The notes under the pieces were generated by a model that saw nothing but the letters and a program-made list of their open reading frames with translations, did no database searches and had not been told where the DNA came from. The position numbers were made by a program, and so were the translations under genes. A DNA stretch of 61,744 bases, the filler included, from Collodictyon triciliatum (Eukaryota): assembly GCA_043381765.1 (NCBI GenBank). It is 3 parts of 3 records of this genome, joined end to end, with 100 filler letters (N's around TTAATTAATTAA, not from the genome) between each part and the next. Parts side by side here need not be neighbours in the genome. Positions count along the whole stretch, not along the records: positions 44,941 to 61,744 come from JBHJMP010001160.1; 2 more parts are not named here. The stretch is one strand, 5' to 3'. This document shows, one piece after another, positions 52,801 to 61,744 of the stretch (the stretch's first letter is position 1; the number at the start of each line of letters is the position of its first letter).

Positions 52801-53548
52801 CCCGAGTCCATCACTTCTTGATTCCTCTCATCCATTTCAGCCGCATGAGCCATCTCTTCTTCATCGAGCCTGCTTTTGTTTCATTACTTCAGTATCCTAT
52901 GGCATTTTTTATTCTATCTTTTTTTTTTTTTACTTGGTAAAGTGTGTTATCTCCACGCGTTTTTCTATCAACCAACTTGGTAACGTACCTCTAACACACA
53001 ATAAACTGGTTTAAAGAAGTAAAAAGAAAAAAAAGGCACAGCCGCTATATCGTTGAATTCCAACCAACTCTTCTCAATATGTCACCATTTCGGCCCCATC
53101 TTCCTGCGCAAACCTCACACGCAGGGTTTCCAGTTGATTTGTGTGCTCTGTGCGCGGGACTACGTGCGGTTGCGGTGTATTTGCTTGCAGTTAGAGGCAA
53201 ACTGCGCCACCATACCGAATATGAATTGATATTACTGGAATTTAATTTATAAATAATTTAACATACATTCAAACTATCTTTATCAATTTTACGTATATAA
53301 CTATGATCAAAAATATAATTTATTATAAAATAGAATCCTGTGTCCGTTACTTTTACCCGAAACAGGCTGGCAACAAAACGGTGTGATCATAAGGGACAAG
53401 GACAACGCTGCTCGCATCAATAAACACCAACCACTCCTTCCACAACATAAGTGCCACTCACCAGTCAAGCAGGCGTCTTTCCAGTCTAGATTATTAACAC
53501 AACATATCATTTCCATCACGATAGAAGTATTCAAACAGCGCCAGCTAA

Positions 53549-54843
53549 ATGACCTCCGACTTCCAGAAAACATATGCGATGATCAAACCCGATGCCGTTG
53601 CGGCGGGCCACGCGCAACAGATTTTAGATATCATCGAAGCCAACGGCTTTGTTGTCCTTGCCAAGCAGAAGCTGCAGTTGAGTCATGAACGAGCCGGTCA
53701 GTTTTATGAGGAGCATAAAGGAAGACCTTTCTACCCGGCCTTGGTTGACTTTATGAGCAGGTATCCTACATTTGCACTCTTGCTTCTTTTTTCACTGCGC
53801 TTGGTGTTGCGACTTGTAAAGTATTCCGACAATACATATATATATATATGTATATACCAGCGTTCTTTGTTTCGATAACGAACTGGAGAATGCCTACTTC
53901 TCTCTCCTTGTTGCGAAAAATTCTTTTATATAAAAAAGGACGTTCTTTCAGTTTTAATTTAAAACTGTATCCTCATTAGCGGCCCGATATATGCGCTAGT
54001 TCTTGCCAAAAAGAATGCTATCCTTGAATGGCGTGGGTTAATGGGACCCACCGACTCTAACAAGGCACGGGAAACCCAACCAAACAGGTTACGATTTCAT
54101 TTGGTTGCCTTTATGTAGTTATTCATATTTCATGTATGTATGTATGTATGTATGTATGTATGTATGTATGTATGTATGTATGTATGTATGTATGTATGTA
54201 TGTATGTATGTATGTATGTATGTATGTATGTATGAGTGAAAATCATCCAATTATACCTGCTAGATAATCATTATCGCCTGTTTTGTGCAAATATCGATCT
54301 AAACCTGAGTTTGTTAATGTCTGCTTCACAGTATTCGCGCTTTATTCGGAACGAACAACCAACGAAATGCTACTCATGGAAGTGACTCGCCTGCATCTGC
54401 TGCTCGCGAAATCAAGTTCATGTTTCCGAATGGTACTCGTAAATAAATGCATATTTATTTTCTTAGTATATGACTACTTTATCTATATCACAATCTATAT
54501 CCGTTATTTCTATTTGTATTAAAACATGCAATGAGGTTCATATCTCCATAATAGTTTTAGTCGGAGAGGTGATGACTGGCGAAGCTGCAAAAGATTATTT
54601 AACTCTCCAGATTCAGCCCACGCTCACAAAGGGCCTTATCGAACTATGTCACGAAAAACCTCAGGACCCTGTGGTACGCTTTTATGAAATGATTTCATTG
54701 TCCAGCGCGCACAATAGATTCATATACTGCAGAATATCCCGTATCACATTTACCGAATCTCATTTTTCTTCGCTATGTAGACATGGCTCGCGCACTATCT
54801 ATTAGAGAACAATCCAAACAAGCCAAGAATTACGGAGGCATAG
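53549..54843 (+). CDS. NME5: Nucleoside diphosphate kinase homolog 5 (NDK + Dpy-30 domain; flagellar radial-spoke protein)
   Basis: Exons 53549-53760, 53980-54087, 54332-54432, 54555-54673 and 54781-54843. KTYAMIKPDA, FYEEHKGRPF, WRGLMGPT, RNATHGSDS, then Dpy-30 motif YLTLQIQPTLTKGLIELCHEKPQDPV|TWLAHYLLENNPNKP. Confidence 0.93.
54132..54234. repeat. (TATG)n microsatellite in NME5 intron
   Basis: Direct read. Confidence 0.95.
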
Positions 54844-55074
54844 TTCCTATTTTCCCCTTTAGCATCCGATGTTACATAGTCGCTCAAAATCCTACACAAC
54901 ATCCTTGTTACATTCACCTTTCAGCCTAACAAGACCCCATGAGCGACGACTCCTTATAAACTTGACCATACGACTAATGAAACAAAAGACAACCCAGCAC
55001 AAAAGCCGATGTTGGGAACAAACCCGATGCATTTTATCTCATCCCAATTAGCGCATACATAATACCAGGCTCAA

Positions 55075-58000
55075 TTATACAGGGAGCCACCCATGCTTTC
55101 GGTCACGTTTGTACATATGTCTAAGCTGGTTGGGCTCGGCCGCAAGATTCACCACAGCCTGGACCAACAGACGCGCAGTTTCTGTGGGCGTAGTACACCG
55201 AAAGGACACTTGACACCAGCCACTTCTGAGATAATGAGGAACGCTTTCCAACACGTAAGGCTTGCGAAACCCAACTCTAATGCGGTGCCTATGGTACAGA
55301 GCAAACGCAACCAGGTCTGCAGGGATAAGCTCGGCATCCACTCCGACAGACCCGCCAGGATATTGAATCATGAATCCAATGGAATCCCGTAGAGTAGTGG
55401 CGGGTGACGAAGACCCGGATGGCTCTCTGCCTTTTTGTTTGGGACTCAGTAAGTAAATGTTTGGGGCTGCGGACAAGCATCCCTCCACCCAGTCGAGAAG
55501 GGTTGTGATATATGAGCGTATGGCAGTCCCGCCAGTGTGGGTCTCGATTGAGGCGATTCGTGACACATAATCTGTTTGATGAAAGAATTGGAATGGGTCG
55601 GGCGCCTCGTTTGTTGTCATCTCGGGTGGACTTCCGTAGCACAGACACAGCCCGGTTCTAATGGACGCTTCGTGCGACACAACATCTGCTTCGAAATAGC
55701 GGTACATCTTTCTCATGGATTTTGAGCAAATTGGGGTGCTTGATGAAGAAGAGGCTGGCGACGGGGAGCGACCGTGGTCATATGATGGAAGCTGCTGCTC
55801 GGATTTTGCTGGAAGAGACAAGATGATGGATGCCGTTGGGGTTGTAGGTTTGGAGCCTGATTTTGCACAGTCCCCGTCAGTTTGTTTCGGCAAAAAAAGA
55901 GTGAGTATTTTTGCTCGAACTACAAGCACGTTTGAAGAGCCGAAGCCTCCAGGGAAATTTGAAGGAGACAATAAATATATATCTGCTATGAACAAGCTTG
56001 GATGTAGATATTCTTTTCCTTGGTCACTTTGTGAGGCCTCTTTGAACATGAATATATCTCTTGTGATATGGCCTTGAGACCCATGGCAGTTTAAGCAGAG
56101 GAGGCAATCGTGAAGTTGAGCGAGCTGCTTGTATTTTTGAATACTCATTCGAATCCCTGTAGTGGGGCTAAATAGTGGTATGCATATAATACGATAGGGT
56201 CTTTCCTTGAATTCTAAAAGATTCTCCGTTAGCGTGTCAACATCCATTTCTCCGTTTTCATGTACAGGGCTTTGCAAAACTTCAAAGTCGACCTTTGAAA
56301 AAGCGTGCAATACGTGCAGTTGTTCGGTCGCATCCACGATGATAACCTTTTTATTTTTATTTTTTTAGTTATAGACCATCGATGACCATATATTTAGTTA
56401 GCTAAAGTATCTATACATGGGGATATTTTAAAATTTAACAAGATATACTATTGATAAATGAAATTTTATTTACAGGTTTCTTTAGCTTGGAAATCTGCGA
56501 AGTTGATTGATAGCCCTGGGCTACGGAGAAATCCATAAAGCGCTTCAACATTAAGGCAAGGGAGGAATATCCAAAGCCACAGAAAATAGGAAAATGAGAT
56601 GCTTTAAGGTGATTCAATTCCAACCCAAAAGTGTTTAATATGGCCATGCGAGAGCTCTCTATCAATTCGGTCAAAGGATTTGTGGTGGCTTCAATTTGTT
56701 CATCCGCAGACATTGTAGAGGATGCTGAGTCTGTCTGAGGAGTTTCTACAGGCTTCAGAGTATAAGGTTTTACACACATTCTGACAAAGTCCTCAATTGA
56801 CCTAGCCGGTGGGTTGGCTCCAGCCCCAGTCAAATCCAATTTTAGAGACTCAAGGACTCTTTCATCAGATATTACAAAATCTCTGTCTAGATATCGCCTA
56901 TATGCTAAAGTGTCTGTCTCCTCTTTAATACATATTAGTCTTTCGAGATATGGGCTGTCCAATTCAGGCAATTGTTCTGTATAATTGAAAAGATATATTT
57001 GGTTGAACATATTTCAAAGCATGATTCATTTAAGAACAAAAAAGTATAGAAGGGTCTTTTCTCTTCTAAAAATGAAAAAAAAAATTGAGAGTAGAGAAGA
57101 GACAGCAAAGTGGGCTCGAAAAATAAGATGACATATACCCGAGATAGAGCGATCTGTTGATATATCATACATAGGCGAATAAGGAGATTGCACGTTTTTC
57201 TCGTTATCAATAGGCCTTGGCTCAGTCATAATAGGGGACTGTATGTGTAATGCTGATTCGGGGTCTTTTTCCTTTGTAATTTCAGTGCCACTTTCAGATG
57301 AAGCTTGATTGAATGAGGGTTTATGGGGAGCGCTATTTCCATTAGCCCTAGAATCTTTTTATGTAAAGATGGGTTTGTTTTTCTTTAAGTATGCATATAT
57401 GTATGTATACATACAAACCAAAATTGTATCACAGACAAAAAGACAAATGAAGAGTAGTATATTCATGCATTTCTCCAAGAAACATACTAGATGCTGATAA
57501 GTTAACTCCGTCTGCAACCTGGGGACTTCCTCTATCGAATCCAACACCAGAAAATATCAATGTATGAGTATATTTCATTCATAAAACGGTAGACTGAGTC
57601 TCACATTTGTGTAATGGAAAATATAATACTTTTTACATACTTAACACAATATCAAAATTGCCTAAACAAAAGGAAAAGGAATGCCAGAAATATTAAAGTT
57701 TTATCAATTAATAATGGAAAAAAGTCTACGGTTTCGTTCCTGCGTCAAAGTTCCATGGAGGTGCAGAGCCCAACGCAGGTCGAATACTATTTAGGATAAG
57801 CACTATCAATAATAAAACAAAATAAAGAGATAATATAGAAGAAAATAAAACAAAATAAAACAAAATAAAGAGATAATAAATGGATAATAAAGAGTAATAA
57901 AGAGAGAATGTAAAGAGAATAAAGAGAGAATATAGAAGAAAATAAACGTAGAAAATAGAATAGACCCATGCAACAAAACACAGCAACCACCTGTCTGGCT

Positions 58001-61000
58001 CGTTGCCCAAACAGATGGGACTCGATAAGGCTACACCGTTCGTCGGTACTGGGGGACTTCCCTTCAGTTGCGCGTGCGGACGATCACCCGAAATCGCAAG
58101 AGGGAAAGCAAAGAGTCTTTGCGAACAGCAGAGATTGGCCCCCATGACTTTCGGGCTGCTACAAGAGGGGAGAGTCTGGGCGAAGGGACGATCGATCAAC
58201 TGAATGTGCGGCTCTTTGTTCCTTTTTACGCAGGGCAGTTTGGTTGCAAAGTCGGGGCTTTCCCCTAGCGTCGTAGCCACTGCTCTGCGTATGTCCCCTT
58301 CCGTTTCCTTTCATTCCTCTCATTTCTCTCATTCGTCTCTGTAATTGCCGACGAGGGGAATGGCTTTGGGTTTTATAAAAGGTGGGCGTTGGGAGGGATA
58401 AAAGAAGCAGAAGCAGACAAGCGAGCAAGGAGAGATAAAACCACGGTAGAAAGGGAAGCAAAAGCAAAAGCAAAGGACGAAAGAAATATTGAGAGTAGCG
58501 GGAAAAGGAGCAATGCAGAAGAAGCTATGACAAACGCCATATGGACTGTGCGCTCTGACTGGCGCTTCACTCTGTGTTCTTTTGGTCCGATGAGGCCTCG
58601 AGCCCATCAGAGTCTGGTTGGGCAGCTGGATTGGCTGCTGCTGCTTCCTCTGCCGTTTGAGTGTTGTCCCGCATGTCATCCTGTTCAGCTGCTGCATCTT
58701 CTTTGGTCTTGTGCTCTTCGCTTGGTTGTTCCGTCGCAGATTCAATCACAGCATTTTCTGCTGCTGCAATCTCAGGCGTTCCTTCACCATTTGCCTCTGT
58801 GGACTTCGGCGCTTCGGTATTGGCTTCCTCAGGCTCAAAATCCCCTTCGTATGCTGCGTCAGCGACTAACTGCTCTCCAGTCTCTACATGCTCTACACCG
58901 GGCTCCTCTGTGGCCTGCTCTGTTACTGCCTCCTCAGTCTTGGTCTCTTCAGCATTAGCCTCATCAGCTTTGGGGTCTTCAGTGGCCTGCTCTGTTGCAA
59001 CTTCCTCAGTCTGAGGCTCCTCTGTAGCCTGCTCTGTTACAGCCTCAGCAGTCTTGGTCTCTTCAGCATTAGCCCCATCGACTTTGGGTTCCTCTGTAGC
59101 CTGCTCTGTTGCAACTTCCTCAGTCTTGGTTTCTTCAGCATTAGCCCCATCGGCTTTGGGCTCCTCTGTGGCCTGCTCTGTTGCAACTTCCTCAGTCTGA
59201 GGCTCCTCTATAGCCTGCTCTGTTACAGCCTCAGCAGTCTTGGTTTCTTCAGCATTAGCCCCATCGACTTTGGGCTCCTCTGCGGCCTGCTCTGTTGCAA
59301 CTTCCTCGGTCTTGGTCTCTTCAGCATTAGCCTCTTCAGTACCCTGTTCCACTACAGCCTCAGCAGTATTGGTCTCTTCAGCATTAGCCCCATCGACTTT
59401 GGGCTCTTCAGTGGCCTGCTCTGTTACTGCCTCCTCAGTCTTGGTCTCTTCAGCATTAGCCTCAGTCTGAGGCTCCTCTGCGGCCTGCTCTGTTGCAACT
59501 TCCTCGGTCTTGGTCTCTTCGGCATTAGCCTCTTCAGTACCCTGTTCCACTACAGCCTCAGCAGTATTGGTCTCTTCAGCATTAGCCTCGTCGACTTTGG
59601 GCTCCTCTGTAGCCTGCTCTGCTGCAACTTCCTCAGTATTAGTCTCATTGACTTTGGGTTCATCCGCGGCCTGCTCTGTTACAACTTCCTCAGTCTTGGC
59701 CGCTTCAGCATTAGTCTCATCGACCTTGGGCTCCTCTGCGGCCTGCTCTGTTACTGCCTCCTCAGTCTTGGCCTCTTCAGCATTAGTCTCATCGACTTCG
59801 GGCTCCTCTGTAGCCTGCTCTGTTACAGCCTCAGCAGTCTTGGTCTCTTCAGCATTAGCCTCATCGACTTTGGGCTCCTCTGCGGCCTGCTCTGTTACAA
59901 CTTCCTCAGTCTTGGCCTCTTCAGCATTAGTCTCATCGACCTTGGGCTCCTCTGCGGCCTGCTCTGTTACTGCCTCCTCAGTCTTGGTCTCATCGACTTT
60001 GGGCTCTTCAGTGGCCTGCTCTGTTACGACTTCCTCAGTCTTGGTCTCTTCAGCATTAGCCTCATCGACTTTGGGCTCCTCTGTGGCTCGCTCTGTTGCA
60101 ACTTCCTCAGTCTTGGTTTCTTCATCATTAGCCTCGTCGGCTTCGGGCTCCTCTGTTACTGCCTCCTTAGTCTTGGTTTCTTCAGCATTAGCCTCATCGA
60201 CTTTAGGCTCCTCTGCGGCCTGCTCTGTTACTGCCTCCTTAGTCTTGGTCTCTTCAGCATTAGCCTCATCGACCTTGGGTTCCTCTGTAGCCTGCTCTGT
60301 TACGACTTCCTCAGTCTTGGTCTCTTCAGCATTAGCCTCATCGACTTTGGGCTCCTCTGTGGCTCGCTCTGTTACAGCCTCTTCAGCATTAGCCCCATCG
60401 GCTTTGGGCTCCTCTGTGGCTCGCTCTGTTGCAACTTCCTCAGTCTTGGTTTCTTCATCATTAGCCTCGTCGACTTCGGGCTCCTCTGTTACTGCCTCCT
60501 CAGTCTTGGTCTCTTCAGCACCAGCCTCATCGACCTTGGGCTCTTCAGTGACCTGCTCTGTTACTGCCTCCTCAGTCTTGGTCTCATCGACTTTAGGCTC
60601 CTCTATGGCTCGCTCTGTTGCAACTTCCTCAGTCTTGGTTTCTTCATCATTAGCCTCGTCGACTTTGGGGTCTTCTGTGGCCTGCTCTGTTACTGCCTCA
60701 TCAGTCTTGGTTTCTTCAGCATTAGCCTCATCGACTTTAGGCTCCTCTGCGGCCTGCTCTGTTACTGCCTCCTTAGTCTTGGTCTTATCGACTTTGGGCT
60801 CTTCAGTGGCCTGCTCTGTTACAACTTCCTCAGTCTTAGTCTCTTCAGCATTGGCCTCATCGACTTTGGGCTGCTCTGTTGTTTCTTCAGGATTAGTTTC
60901 AACAACTTTGCATCCTTCAGTGGCCTGTTCCGCAACAAACTCATCGGTCCTAGGCTCTTCTGCAACTTTTTCAGTTGTGACTTCTGTGACTGTGGGTTCC

Positions 61001-61744
61001 TCAGTATTTTGTTCTTGGTCAGTACCCTCTGGTTCGAAGTCTCCTGTGTATGATACATCGGCAGCTAATTGCCCTTCGCTATTGCCTTCATCGACCTTAA
61101 GTCCTTCAGTGGACTGTTCTACTGCAGGCTTATCGGCCTTTTCCTCTTCGACTTGGGATTCTTCAGTGGCCTGTTCTGCTACACTTTCCTCAGGATTAGT
61201 TTCTTCGGCAGGGACTTCCTCTGCAGTTTCTTCAGGATTACTTTCATCAACTTTGCACTGTTCAGTACCCTCTTCCAATAAGGCCTCCTCAGCCTTAGCC
61301 TCTTCGACATCGACTTCTGCAGTCGGTTCAGCTGCGACCTCCTCAGCCTCAGCTTCTTCGGTATGGGCTTGCTCTGCGGCCTGTTCCGGCTCAGCCTCAC
61401 CAGCCTTGGTCTCTTCAGCAGGGATTTCCTCCCTAGCTTCCTCAGCTGCAACCTCATCAGCATTAGTCTCTTCGGTGTAAGTCTCTTCAACATGAACTTC
61501 TTCAGTAGTTTGTTCAGGTACAGCCTCATCAGCCTTGGTCTCTTCGGCAGGGATTTCCTCCCTAGCTTCCTCAGCTACAACCTCATCAGCATTAGTCTCT
61601 TCGATATGAACTCCCTCTGCGGTCTCTTCAAAATCAGTGCCATCGACTTTGGGCTCCTCTGTGACCTGTTCTGTTGCAACCTCATCACCATTGTTCTCTT
61701 CGGTATGGGCTTGTTCTGTGGCTTGTTCCATAGCAGCCTCTGTG
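55075..61744 (-). CDS. Acidic tandem-repeat protein with C-terminal degenerate class-V aminotransferase/cysteine-desulfurase-like (PLP fold I) domain; 5' partial
   Basis: The Glu/Thr/Ala repeat exon splices in frame (GA|gtgaag ~58569 to gcag|A GCA GTG ~58284) through four further exons to the 55075-56346 exon. That exon contains P|VIIVD, FSPTTG, DIYLLSPSNFPGGFG and RSGWCQVSF. The frame is open to the window edge. Confidence 0.75.
58880..60900 (-). repeat. Coding tandem repeat of ~20-24 aa (EEPKVDEANAEETKTEEVVTEQAT), about 30 imperfect units
   Basis: Visible in both DNA and the 1054-aa ORF, with more diverged units out to the window end. Confidence 0.95.

Noticed and set aside
53761-53979. 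GTATCCT donor suggesting a U12-type intron in NME5
   Set aside because: Only a partial match to GTATCCTT and no TCCTTAAC-type branch site near the acceptor; donors are degenerate throughout.
58618-61480. Long plus-strand ORFs (721 aa, 656 aa) over the acidic repeat
   Set aside because: Antisense shadows of a low-complexity coding repeat, giving Leu/Cys/Ser-rich nonsense.

Overview
Intron-dense, AT-rich, microsatellite-rich eukaryotic nuclear DNA, probably from a flagellated protist (it carries NME5/NDK5). Standard genetic code. The window is three pieces joined by artificial 100-bp spacers (N44-TTAATTAATTAA-N44 at 22469-22568 and 44841-44940), so adjacency across those joins is not biological. 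Manual splicing recovers these genes: a very large multi-Ig/ASH-like protein (partial), a C-terminally anchored GH31 alpha-glucosidase (partial), an EPG5-like autophagy protein, a LEA_2-like membrane protein, RPS2/uS5, a UPF0658-like multipass membrane protein, tRNA-Ser(AGA), ribonucleotide reductase small subunit, the last exon of a DPP8/9-like peptidase, a tandem PB1-like protein (partial), a cAMP-receptor-like GPCR, an intronless PHO80/U-type cyclin, NME5, and a degenerate class-V aminotransferase fused to a ~1,000-aa acidic repeat. The main unexplained signal is six intronic copies of a ~25-35 nt element, consensus (C)CCTCGCTACACTTTGAATCGAATAAAGG(A)n. Four have exact 12-18 bp flanking direct repeats and two have degenerate ones, consistent with retroposed micro-insertions. 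Their shape raises the hypothesis of a retroposed spliced-leader exon. Splicing is also permissive, with several GC donors and AAG/GAG acceptors lacking pyrimidine tracts.
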